64,000 nucleotides of DNA from Callorhinchus milii (GCF_018977255.1 NW_024704745.1:21638001-21702000), one strand, 5' to 3'; positions 1-11,707 are shown, numbered from the stretch's first letter. Made by a program: numbers and translations. Notes: generated by a model from the sequence alone, not told the origin.

Positions 1-2949
1 GTTCTGGATCATTCAGTTTAAAATGAAGACTGATGTTGCTCCTCAGAATAGGCATTGGATGAGGTGGCCTTCTGGTGAACTGTGCACTGCGTCTAAATTA
101 AAAGGAAGCCTGCAGGTTGCTTAGGTTCAAGTTTAAATAAAAATATTGAATTTTGGCTATAACTTCTCAATCTATGAATTGAGTAAAACTCTCCTCAGTC
201 AGTTATTTTCATCATGATGTTCAGTTACCTTTGCACTGGCAATCAAACCATCTATATGTTCAGATAATAAAAAAACATATTTAAAATGCTAAAGATTAGA
301 CAATCTATGTCATAAACCAGTATTTACAGATAATAAATCCGAAAGACATCAAATTTCAAAAGGGTTATGAAATGACAGTATTTCCACTGTTTTGCAATAA
401 TTTCATAATTGTAAGAAGTGTAAGAGGTCAGAAATAATAGTAATCCACATATTTGATATGTGCCTAAGGTTATATCCCCTCTCTCCCTGGCTTGGCATTG
501 AACTCCATCACTTTAGCACTCTAACATACTACCCTGCGTGAAGTGCACTACATAAATGCAAGTAGTTGCACGGCCGGAGGACGTCTCAAAGTGCTTCAGC
601 AGGATTTACTGTACTTTTATTAGGAATATGGCATGCATTTCCACAAGTGGCTAGTGCAGGCAAACTATGCCATTTTAAAGACGACCACCTGAAGAAAGAT
701 CTAAAAGGTGTGAAGAAAAACAGAGATATGGGATTAGAGTAGATAGGTCCACATGGGACAGGTACTTGTTCTGATGAAATTCCTATGGAAAATCATGACT
801 GCAGCAAGGATGAATGATTTAACTGTGTGCCATCCAATGTAATATTTCTAATTATAATAGTGACAGCTATGTTTTCTAGATTGGCAGGTATATTGAATGA
901 AAGATCACAATATATAAAGTGGGAATAATAACAAAGTTGAAAAAAGGTTAGATATATTTTAAATGATTATTTATCCCAACGGTTATGTGCTTTAAAAGGT
1001 TCATGTAGTGTCTTGGTGAAAGGAAGCATCAACCTACATCAAAATCCATACAAAAACATAGAGCAGTTTTTTGGCTTGTCCACATTCTCACATACATTTT
1101 TCTAAGAGGTCAACTGCACATCGGATTTCTATTTTATTTTCCTAAACACAGATTAGATGTTAAATCTAAGATCTTGTCATTGCTGATAATTTGAACATAT
1201 TGGGAGTATTTTGGTTTGAAACCCAAATTATGGCTCATCTCTAGTCTTAAATGTCACAAATGTCACTTTGAGCCTGATGGCCACCTTGCTTCACAGCGGA
1301 AGCGAGTTCAACAAAGTGAAAATAAGAAACGTCTCCAACCAGTTGTGAACATGTTTATAAAGAATGCATGCTCAGCATGATCTTAAAGAAAAGCAGATTC
1401 ATGAGCAGATTCCACAGGGCACTACTGTGAAGAACAGTGAGGTGTGTAATATTGCTGAGCTCTAAATTTATCTACATTAAGGAGCCAACTTAGGATATTT
1501 TAGGCATAAACAAAATGGAGCTCCCCCCAAAACAAAAATCTTACTTGCTCTGTACTACTCGCTTCCTCATGAGAGTGAGCACATGTATATGAAATCTAAG
1601 GAAATATTTATCCATTGTTCTCAGAGCACAATATTTCTAGCTTGTGGGCTGGACTGGTTCTACTAGGGAGGTTTTGTTCAGTGCTTGAGCTCGTCCCTAG
1701 TCTACTCATTGATAACAGCTATGTTTTCCACAAGAAAGAACCGCAAAACCATCAGTTTAGGAATCGCACCAATAAAACAGTATATTTATTTGGTGGTTGA
1801 AAGCTTTCATACTGAGCCTACTTTGTGACCCATGTCACCGTATTTTCCACAGGCAAGCTGTGAAGGGATGCTAAGACTGCAGATGGGTATGAAAGCGGAG
1901 CTACAGGCTTTTCCTAGCCATCTACGTGGTAGCAGCTCTGTGAGAGCAACACAGCTCGTTGCAGCTCTACTTAGTATTTTCATATATAAAAATTATCCAT
2001 CAGATTGTTAACTGAATTACAATTACTATCCAGCAAGTCTACCACAATAAGCCAAATTTAGGAATTAAAAGCTCTACTAAATTTAATCTTTATAGAGGGG
2101 CCAATTCTGGATATTTTGGGCATAAACAAAACCGTGCTTTCCCCCAAAAAATCTTACTTGCAGACCTGTTTTTGGTGTCTCATAATAACTGATCCATTCT
2201 CATGAAGTCTTAGATCTGGCAACAAGTCACTACAATTCAATCAACAGCCAATTATTTACCAACATGAGTTTATTGATAGTTCAGAAGTTGTGCAGCAGTC
2301 ACGTACAACTGAATGTGTTACAACTGCTTCAGAACATGCACCAGAACATAAGCAACACTATTACTGTGAAATCCATATCAGAAACTGGAGTTGCTAACAG
2401 AAGTTTCTTTAAGAGTCTAGAGTGCTTCATTGTCAAAACACACACTTGTGGATGTTACAAATACTATTACTGAATATAGTTTTACTTTAGGTATTCAGCA
2501 GCCAGCTAGAAGCAGAAAATGTGTCTGGGCTGGATGAATTCATTGGTCCTGGATCTGACAAAAATCTAACTAGGCTATAGATTTTGACAGACCAATGGGC
2601 TACTGAACCAAAATTTGCTGTCCACAGAGCATCCACTGGAATCTAATCACCTGAAAACCCGACAGGTTTCATCTTCCAGCAAGTTTGGCTGACTGACAGA
2701 CTGCTACTGTTAGTGCATGTAATGTAGAGCATTCTTGCTGCTTCTTACTTTTGATAAATACAAGAAATGGGACCAGTGGACCATTTCCTTTCTATTACCA
2801 CCAATCATGGACCATTAACATACATTAAAAAATTCTTCCAGCCCTGTATGTCTTAGGACAGCATAATTAATTATCAATGCCATTTTGTTCAACAGCATAT
2901 AAAATGTCCAAACACATTCAGATCAGTGAAACAGATAGATTTCAACCTG

Positions 2950-3726
2950 TACAACGTAAAACTTACAATTCTTTATTACACAATACTTACACTAAGTACA
3001 CAATTTACAATAGGTGAATGACCTTCCGATTGCCTCAAATCTTTAGCGTCCCATCTAAATTGAAAAATCTACACCTCTCCGTCTCTTGGAAAAGCAGTGT
3101 AAACATAACGAACTTATCAATTTTAAGGTCCAAGGTGACAGTTCTATAGTTCAAGTTAAATACTGCTCAGCTTTGCCTTCATATACCATTTTCGTAGCTC
3201 ATATATAATTCAAAGTAGCCTATAGTGCTGTAAAGGAGGGCACGGCCCCCTTAGACTCTCTAGTCAGTATCTGATTTCCTTCAATCCACCTCCATTCCGT
3301 CCTCTAATTGTCAGGAAGCGATTATATTAGCGTGCGCACACACAGACATACACACGCAGGCGCACACACACAGATGCAGGTGCGCTGAATGGAAAACTTG
3401 GATGTGCACACATTTCCACAGCATGAGCAATGATCGGTAACCAGCACTCAGATCTGCACGGCTGCTTTTTCTTCTTTTGTGCATATAACCACTCTCTTTG
3501 AGAGAACAAGGTTTCATTCCACATCCCCAACCAGTCTCCTTTAGCCAAAAGACGATTATCTCAACACTGAAGAGAGTTTCTTTCTGGAATTGATACAGTT
3601 CTAGTTTCCATAACCAGTTTGGAATTGTTGGTGTGCGATGAAATGTTACATGATGATTGATATGGCAGCTTTATTTCTCCTCTCTGCAAAGCCTGATGTC
3701 CCCAAAGGACTGTAACAACCATGACT
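2950..3726 (-). other. TSC22D1: TSC22D1 3' UTR
   Basis: Free of interspersed repeats, running from the stop codon to AATAAA. Contains a UG-rich tract (3330-3372). The 3' end is inferred. Confidence 0.75.
2972..2977 (-). promoter_or_regulatory. Polyadenylation signal AATAAA of TSC22D1
   Basis: TTTATT on plus strand. Several upstream UGUA motifs and a GU-rich downstream sequence on the minus strand. Confidence 0.75.
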
Positions 3727-3975
3727 TTAAGCTGATGATCCCCCGCTTGGTGGTGTGGGTTGAGAAGTTTGTCCTGATTGAGAAACCGGTGGGGAAGAAC
3801 CAGCTGTTTGTAGCTGTGCCTGGAACTGTGCTAACTGCTCAGGGCTAGCCAGAGTCTTCAGCAGACTGTTTTCCTGTTCCAGCTGGGAGTTTCTTTCTAC
3901 CAGTTCTTTGATCTGTTCCTTCAGAACTTCCACCTCCTCCCTCACTGCATACATCAAGTGACTCTTCACCAGATC
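3727..3975 (-). CDS. TSC22D1: TSC22D1 last coding exon (TSC box, leucine zipper, Q/P/S-rich tail)
   Basis: Acceptor ttctcttttatag then [63 protein letters not shown]…SSA*. KSHL and [10 protein letters not shown] are diagnostic of TSC22D1 rather than TSC22D3/GILZ. Spliced product is 141 aa. Confidence 0.97.
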   Translation of the reverse strand, partial: DLVKSHLMYAVREEVEVLKEQIKELVERNSQLEQENSLLKTLASPEQLAQFQAQLQTAGSSPPVSQSGQTSQPTPPSGGSSA

Positions 3976-4226
3976 CTATAAAAGAGAATAATTGAAAATA
4001 TTTAAATGCTAAACTACATTTCTTTACTTTATTTTCCGTCATCACCTCACAGCATTTATCCCAAACCTCCAGCATTGCTACAGTAGACCCCGGGCCCCTT
4101 ATCCAGTAATTTTAACGTGCAGGTTGTTACAATTTTTTTTTAAAAATTATAATCCCAATGAATTTATAATGTGCTTTCCTAATGAAGCTCTGTTACGTCG
4201 AAACTTTATTGTCAAAGGAGCTCCAC

Positions 4227-4281
4227 ATAATAATAATCCTTGCATTTGATATAGCGCTTTTCACGTCTTCTAGACGTCCCA
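4227..4281 (-). mobile_element. SINE 3' tail fragment
   Basis: Reverse complement of GACGTCTAGAAGACGTGAAAAGCGCTATATCAAATGCAAGG(ATT)n. Confidence 0.85.
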
Positions 4282-4684
4282 TACAACTATTTTTGACTGA
4301 ACTCTCTTAAGTGTATACAGAGTGACAATGTAATCAGTCACCGACATAAGCATTTTCTTTTTGTTTTAAAATCCAATGGATTGCAGTTGGCATTGGGCAG
4401 AACAAGGCGTCTGTATGGATAACTAAGTTATTAGATTAACTTTGAAAGGGTGAAGGGCTACGTGGACTTATTGGAATTCAAACCCAAAAGCTTATTCTCC
4501 CAAATTAACTAATAGGATATTACAGTTAGTTTATACAGCTGCATATCTTAATAAACATGAAGCTTAAAGCTGGTCTTCCCTATCCTGGCATTTGGTGTTG
4601 ACGGTCGAATGTTAAATGTCTTGAGCTACAGCGTCACCATGGCATTAGAATGAAGGGCTACTGATCATTGGGTAATAGGTAATT

Positions 4685-4999
4685 GGAGTCCTGTAGCTCA
4701 GTGGTTAGAGCACTCGCTTTGCAAGCGAGAGACCTGAGTTCAATTCCAGGCAGAGGGCGAAACCTTGGGCAAGTTTCCTTACTCCACACAGAGCCTAATA
4801 ATAATCCCTCCAAAACCAAAAACAATAATAAATTGGTCATTTTCAATCTACGACTGTTTGTGGGACATTGCTGTGCGCAATTGGCTGCTGCGTTCGCCCA
4901 CAAATATACAGTCAATTCACTTTACAGTGTGTTCTGTGAAGCGCTTTGGGACGTCCTCCCGACGTGAAAAGCGCTATATCAAATGCAAGGATTATTATT
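4685..4999 (+). mobile_element. tRNA-headed Deu/L2-tail SINE, short subfamily, full length
   Basis: A box (TAGCTCAGTGG), B-box-like GTTCAATTCC, body TGCTGTGCGCAATTGGCTGC shared with Deu-SINEs, L2-type stem-loop tail and (ATT)n end. Confidence 0.9.
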
Positions 5000-5269
5000 T
5001 AGTTTTATTGTACAGTTGTTTATTTATCTGCCTTATTTAACCACATTTGCTGAGGAATTCTAACTTACTTTTACAATCAGATTGTTCTGTTGACAAACAA
5101 ACCTCAAATGAGACACCTGATGTAATAGACATGTTTTGCAACAAATGCATGTGGGGTTTTGGCCCGGAAAGGAACGTTTACCTTTTGCATACACTTGCAG
5201 TTTGAAAATATATGTAAATGGAAACATTACCCCGATACTGACAAGACTCAAACGCTGAGACTGGTTGGT

Positions 5270-6340
5270 GAGCGCAGTTGTTTTGGGGTTCTTCTCGTGG
5301 TTTATGCGGCTGCATGTCAAGTGCCGGGGCGCTGGCCAGCGGTGCCAGCGGTGCACAGAGGCTGTGCAAAAGGGCCGCTTGGAAACTGCAGTCAGGGAAG
5401 GGGTGGGGAGAGGCGCCGGGGAGCGCGTCTTCGGACCATTCAGCCCCTTAGCAACTAAACCAGGTTCCCCAACCGCGGGCCGTGCGGGTTGCCGTGCGCG
5501 GTCTGTGCGGGTTGCCGTGCGCGGTCCGTGCGGGTTGCCGTGCGCGGTCTGTGCGGGTTGCTGTGCGCGGTTTGTGCGGGTTGCTGTGCGCGGTTTGTGC
5601 GGGTTGCTGTGCGCGGTTTGTGCGGGTTGCCGTGCGCGGTCTGTGGGGATGAGGCAGAGAGAGTCGCCGACCCCCTCCGGCGCTGTGCAAACACTGGCCC
5701 CGCCCCCGGGCCGCTCCTAACAACCGCTGACGTCAGCCGCCTGAGCGCGCGCCGCGTCACCCGGAGCTCGGCCAATGGGCGCCGGAGTTATTTATAGCCC
5801 GGGTTTAAGGCTCGGAGCCCCGGCAACAGCCGCAGGATTCGTGCGAGAGGCGCCGAGCGGCCAACACCGTCGGCTCCGTCCCGGGGCCCGGCCACAGCCC
5901 TCAAAACAAAACGGCCCGAACATACTATGGCGGGAGGGCCCCGCGTCTGTACAAAATAATAAAACACACACACACATAGAGCCCCGTCGGCACAACAAAG
6001 CCCAGTGCTCCGGGGACGCGGCGCCTCTCACCGCCCGCCCCCCGAAGAGGCTCGTGGCGAGGTCAGCTGCCGTTCAAACCCCAACGGCACACCCGCGGGC
6101 GACAGGAATGGCTACCGAAATGCTCACCTCCACAGACTGGAGTGAGACCGGAGTGAGACCGGCTTTAGCCCGACACCAACCGGATGGTAAACGATTCTAA
6201 ACTCCCGGTTCAGTGCAAGGGCTGTTGGCAGACACCCGACCACCGGACCCTCTTGGGTTTGCTCTGAACAATATTCACGTCAAACAGTGGTCCCAACAGC
6301 TATCACTGACAGCCTCGCCTCGCACAAAACAACACGCAAT
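5270..6340. promoter_or_regulatory. CpG island in the last TSC22D1 intron with a CRE/CCAAT/TATA-MEF2 cluster
   Basis: The only strongly GC- and CpG-rich non-L2 kilobase in the window. GCTGACGTCAGC at 5726-5737, CGTCA at 5755-5759, CCAAT at 5772-5776, TTATTTATAG at 5788-5797. Confidence 0.75.
5482..5642. repeat. Minisatellite, 7 x 23 bp (GTGCGGGTTGCYGTGCGCGGTYY)
   Basis: Exact 23-bp period counted directly; units differ only by C/T changes. Confidence 0.95.
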
Positions 6341-6991
6341 TCTACAGCTATTAAGCATTTGGTGTCATAGCACGAGCAATAGATAACACGTATATAGATT
6401 GACCTACTGCCCGGGCTCTCAGTGCATAAACAGGGAAAAGGGCGAGTAAAATGACATTGGAATTACGTATGAGTTTTTTTTAAAAAAAACAAAAGTGCAA
6501 CCACCGTGAATTTTGAGCTCCCATTATGCGAGATAAACACTAAAACAGTCTTAGAAGGAGATTCGGAGCTTGGGGCAGGGACTGGGTCAGAATCTGAAAT
6601 CCCCAATCACACAGGGCTTCCAAAAGGTGCCCAGTTTCACCTTGAACATTACTGTAATGACTCCCCAACGTATGAACAATGAGGGCAAACGTCGTCCCTC
6701 GCTATACAAGGAAGAGGAGCAATGAAAACGCAGGCACGTAAGAGCTGTCGAGTCAGCAACGTTACACCTGTAACTTGTGAATTCTCCTTCCTATTCCTGG
6801 AACTGACATTTTTGGTGGTATTTTAGAAAATTGCAGTGCAACGATGTTTTCTTTCTCGAACCATTTCAGAAATTTGCTCAGTCATGTTTTCCGTGATTTC
6901 CGGGAAATTATATACTTTTCTACCCCATATGCATTTTATCAATCCCCTCTGCCTACACAAATACAATTATGTACGACCCATGTCCACTTAC

Positions 6992-7043
6992 CATGGCTTG
7001 CTCGATTTTGTTGTCTATGGCTACCACACTGGCACCAGAGGAG
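6992..7043 (-). CDS. TSC22D1: TSC22D1 coding exon 2 (start of TSC box)
   Basis: Acceptor tttttctttgcag, 52 nt encoding (S)SSGASVVAIDNKIEQAM, donor gtaagt. Phase 2 in and phase 0 out, fitting both neighbouring exons. Confidence 0.97.
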
Positions 7044-7687
7044 CTGCAAAGAAAAATACAATTAACAGATCAATTTGGATTTGAAAACAGAATTTTAAGA
7101 AAAACAGAACAAACAAAAGGAGCCAAATCGAGAAGCCCCTTTCGAGATCGAGCACAAAGAATTGTAACCTGATAATAGTCTTGTTTTTGTCTCATTCTGA
7201 TGCATGTTATTTCCCCCCGGGTATATAACAAGCAGCGACCAGCTTACTAACAATGCATCAACGAACTGCAAATGTTTCTGTCTTAAGGGCTGAACACGTC
7301 CGACCAATTAATGTAACAGATTTGAACAAAAATTCTACATGTGTTTCTGCTGAGTCCAAGGTAGATGCCCCGCTGTAATGCGGCAAAATAACGACAAGCC
7401 TGCAAGACAACGCCAGCCATTTTTTGCCCTGCGTTAATCTCAGCTCAGTATTTTCCTCTCGACATACATCATGCACAAGCATACGTTAAAGAGCAATCTT
7501 CATATCTATACGATCCCCCACGAATTGACAGTCTTTGACCTCGAAACCATCAACACCTTCAGTACTGCAGACTATAGCAATGGCCCTAAAGCAGTGACAT
7601 TTGATATACTGCACCGCCTGCCTAATACTGAACAACAGACCCGAACTGCACACACCAAAAAAAAACAAATGCACAAGCGACATTTAC

Positions 7688-7812
7688 CTACTGTCTAGTT
7701 TTACTGAAGCGTTTTCTGTTCCGAGCAAAGAAGAAAGGAATGAAATCGAAAAATTTCTCAGCTGGTACACTCCAAGCTCCATCGCCAGGGACTTATAATA
7801 TTCAGCATTCAT
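7688..7812 (-). CDS. TSC22D1: TSC22D1 short isoform (TSC-22), coding exon 1
   Basis: Not in the ORF track; read manually. ATG at 7812 gives [41 protein letters not shown] plus AG, then donor gtaaat. 125 nt, phase 2. Matches the vertebrate TSC22D1 short-isoform N-terminus (…[28 protein letters not shown]…). Confidence 0.95.
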
Positions 7813-8029
7813 GCTATTCCGAAGGAAATGCACACTGGAAACACAAGAGTTCTCCTGTGTTTAGAAGTATGATCGTCAATCGATGGGAAAAACCTCTTTA
7901 AGGTTTTAAATTGGGATTGTTTTTCAGGCAGAAGCCCTGTGTGAACCTGAGCAGAGGCACCTCCACTGCTCCACAAAGAAGGCTCTGAGGTTAATAACAG
8001 CCTTCACCGCCGCTCCGCTCCACAAAACC

Positions 8030-8110
8030 CCTCGGCGCCACATTAGCATAATTTATTCAAAGGTCTGCCCCGCCATTGGCTCACCTGATCCTCATTAACA
8101 TAACATATTC
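8030..8110 (-). promoter_or_regulatory. Proximal promoter of the TSC22D1 short isoform
   Basis: On minus: CCAAT (8075-8079), adjacent GC box GGCGGGGC (8067-8074), TATA-like GAATAAATTA (~8049-8058) and octamer-like ATGCTAAT (8042-8049). About 230-270 nt upstream of the ATG; no upstream ATG between ~8020 and the start codon. Confidence 0.65.
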
Positions 8111-9477
8111 AATAAAGTCCTCCGACCTCATCATCATACATTCCCCATATAGTGAACACCCGCCCACACCCCACACTCAGCTCTCACCCACTCTCTAACT
8201 CAGGTCGGGCACAATTTAAAGATTAAGGTTCAGATGCCAGTATCCCTCGCTTCAAAACCACGTTGACTCTCTCCACCCCCCCCACCCCTCCCATTCACGT
8301 GAACATATACATTACCACCCAATACAAACATTGCACACAATAATATTTTAAAATACAGATTACAGGGAAATCAATTATTGGGCACTGATGTTTGTAGTGT
8401 ATTTCAATTTCTCAAGTTCCACTCATTATACGCTTGCAACTACTTAGAAACACATGTATCACGGTTTGCTTGCCTTTATTTTTCTAGTTAGATGGCAGAT
8501 AAGTTCTTATGTACGTTTATAATATAATAAAAATATATTTTAAAATAATTACAAATCTTTAGAATGCTTGTGGCAATTGTAATATTTTGCAGTGGTAAAT
8601 TATTTGACATCAGCATTGCAAAGCACATATTTAAAATGCATTACACCCATTTTCTTCTTTCATTATGTATTTAAATAATTGAAAAATTCTACTGTGAACA
8701 AGTTGAATTAATTATAAAAACAGTATTCTTTAAAGTCGAGCACACAGATAATATTTCACTTAGAACCCGAGGAAGCCTACTCATGAAAAAAAAACAGATT
8801 CCTGTATCACCCTTTCTAACACACTAACGTGCATTTATATAATGCCCTTCACGAAGGATAGCGCCTTGAAGCACTGCACATTGGCTGGGTTGGATGCTGA
8901 GTACGGTAGAAGGGGAATGTAACTATAGGCACGGTCAAAGAGACATGGTAAAAGGAAAACTAAAGTTTTTCCATCAGATATCATTTTCACTGACACGCAG
9001 CTTGTCTCACATATCTATCTTATTGCCCAGGTGTCTGGCGATTACAAATACATATCTCTGGGCAAAAGAGATATAAGTGAATAAATTAGATGCTTTGTTG
9101 AACCCCAACGTAACATCTGTTAGAGGTTCAACTTAACTATGTACATGTGGAAAATTTTAATTATGGGGTAAATAAGGGAATAAACTGAAGCTGTAAAATT
9201 TCCTGTATACAGTATTACTGAGGACAATTATTACCAAACTCAACTGCTTGTCATAGTACAGAAATGCTGCCACCTACAGTTTAGCTCTGACAATAACATG
9301 GAACAAATCTGAAAACCTCTAAAACACAAACATTGCATCAATCATTTGTACAAGATTTACAAATGGAACCTTACATTAGCTGAGAGCAAACCATTACATT
9401 TTCACAAAGGATTTCTGAATTTGTACTAAAAAAAGTCTGACAACCCAGAATAAATATTGGCTCATTCATAATGGATA

Positions 9478-11320
9478 AAACAATTTGCACTTATATAGCG
9501 CTTTACATGTAGGGAGAACTTCAGTGAACAGTAGTGCAAAGGAGTTTACAAGGACGGGAGACAGAGGATGATTGGAGTGGACGTGGGGGTCACCAAAATT
9601 GGAGTCAAAGATCTTTAGATGAATTTTGAAAGCAAAGATGGAGGGGACAACATGGTGGGATTTTGAAAGAGAGTTCCAGAGGGCAATGGCAATGTGTCTG
9701 AAAGCTCATCCATAGATTGTGGTGAAAAATACGGTCACAGAAGATTGGATGGAGTAGGATGGGGCAAGTGTGTGGAGGCATGTGAAGATAAGGATGATGA
9801 AGACCTTAAAATTGAGGGTTATGGAGCCAGGGCTGCTGGGCAAGAATGGGATAATAAGCTTGCAGAGCATAGTGCAAGAGAGAATACTCCTTGTATTTGC
9901 ATAAGCACCTTATCACAACATCAAAACGTCTCAAAGTGTTTCACAGCTGACAGGAACACCGCTCTGTCTTGTAATCCCTAACTATTCAGCGCCTTACGAC
10001 TTCCTCCCAATGTGAAAGGCGCTTTACAAATGTAATTTTGTATTTTTAAGGTTGCAGGAGTACAATAGGGTGAGGCCATGGAGGCATTTGAAAATGAGAA
10101 CAAGGATCTTGAATTTGATCTATTGGGGAATGGGGAAAAATGGGCTTGCAGACCCTGATTTGAGAGAGGACATGGGCTGGATGGGCACCATTTAGAGTTC
10201 TGAATGCTCAGTAGCTTTTGTAGGGAGATGTTAGTGAGTCCAGTAAGCAGAACACCAAAATAATCTAGCTTGTGCATGATGAAGGTCTCAGCAGTCAGGA
10301 GGAGGGCAGTGGCAGAGATAGGCTGTTGTGGAATTGAGGGAAAGCTGAGCGAATGAGAGGTCAGATGTAGGATTTAAATGACAGTTGAGGGAGTTGAGCA
10401 AGATACTGTGATTCTGCACTATGAGGTGAAGTGGGTATCTTTGGAAGTGGTTGTTTGAGGTGAGCAGCCCCTAATGGGAACCAAGCAGGAAAGCCTTGAT
10501 CTGCTTTACACTGAGCTGTAGAAAGTGGAAGCCATTAGAAAGATAGAAAGTTAAGGCTCATCAGCCTTAAAATGGCAAAACAGCATTGGTCTTGGAGTCG
10601 AAGGTAGAGGCAGGAAGATTGAGTTTGGTTTGAACTAGAAACATTTAGGACAGATCAGATTAGGCTGTTGCATAATTTGAAATGTATATTATATCTGAAC
10701 CCATGTGCATCTTAGGTGTCAGGTTCGATCCCCAATTATCCTAACTCCCCCACATCCGGCCCTTGGCCAGGACCGCTTTCCTCCACCTCCGCTACATTGC
10801 CTGTCACCAACAATACGTCACTCCATAGGCTTATGCACTCCTTACCGGTGGTCTCCCCTCTGCCACTATTCACAATATTCAACTCATTCAAAACTTCCCC
10901 ACCCGCATTCTCACTGGCACCAAACTCTGCACCCCGATTACCCCAGTGTTTGCCAAACTCCACTGGCTTCCTGACACAGAGTGGATCAACTTCAAGATCC
11001 TCACTAGTTTAAATCCCTCCACACCTTGACACCCCCCTACCTCCTCTCTCCTCATAGCCCTACCAGCTGCCTCCGCTCTACTGGCAACATCCTTGTCCCT
11101 CAAATCCTCCACTCCACCATTGGCCGCTGTGCCTTCAGCCACTACGTCCCGAAGGTATGGAACTCCCTCCTTCAATCCCTTCGCTTTGCCTCCCTTTCCC
11201 CATTTTCAGGTTGCGCCTGAAGACCTTCCTCTTCAACCATGCCTATCACCACCTTCCCCCTCTCCCTGCCTCGGCATCAGGCTTTAGGCATTGTTAAGCT
11301 CGTGGAGACTGCCCTCAGTT
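9478..11320. mobile_element. Cluster of old L2 fragments (9478-9850 -, 10040-10630 -, 10700-11320 +)
   Basis: GGATCTTGAATTTGATC on minus; CTCCACTGGCTTCC…TTCAAGATCCTC and TGGAACTCCCT on plus. Confidence 0.8.
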
Positions 11321-11390
11321 ACTTCAGACAAAAGAAGACTGGCCTCAATAATCCCTGTTGGCCGATTTCATCCAGTATAGCTAAAGGCTT

Positions 11391-11707
11391 AATAATAATA
11401 ATAATCCTTGCATTTAATATAGCGCTTTTCACGTCTTCTAGACTTCTCAAAGTGCTTCGCAGAATATGCTGTAAAATGAATTGACTGTATATTTGTGGGC
11501 AAAACGCAGCAGCCAATTGCGCACAGCAGTGTCCCATAAACAGTCGTGGATTGAAAATGAACAATTTATTATTGTTTTGTTTTTTAGAGGGATTATTATT
11601 AGGTGTGTGGAGTAAGGAAACTTGCCCAAGGTTTCGCCCTGCCTGGAATTGAAACCAGGTGTCTCGCTTGTAAGGCGAGTGCTCTAACCACTGAGCTACA
11701 GGACTCC
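11391..11707 (-). mobile_element. Same SINE, short subfamily, full length
   Basis: Colinear with 4685-4999 in reverse complement. Confidence 0.9.

Noticed and set aside
4685-4760. tRNA-Ala gene (also at 59563, 40975, 36006 and others)
   Set aside because: Each continues into the same SINE body and tail with no adjacent Pol III terminator; these are SINE heads.
5482-5642. CRISPR-like array or repetitive protein (ORFs 5265-5797)
   Set aside because: Units are head-to-tail with no spacers and the DNA is eukaryotic; the ORFs on both strands are by-products of a stop-free GC-rich VNTR.
3727-7812. Assignment to TSC22D3/GILZ
   Set aside because: [15 protein letters not shown] and [10 protein letters not shown] match TSC22D1.
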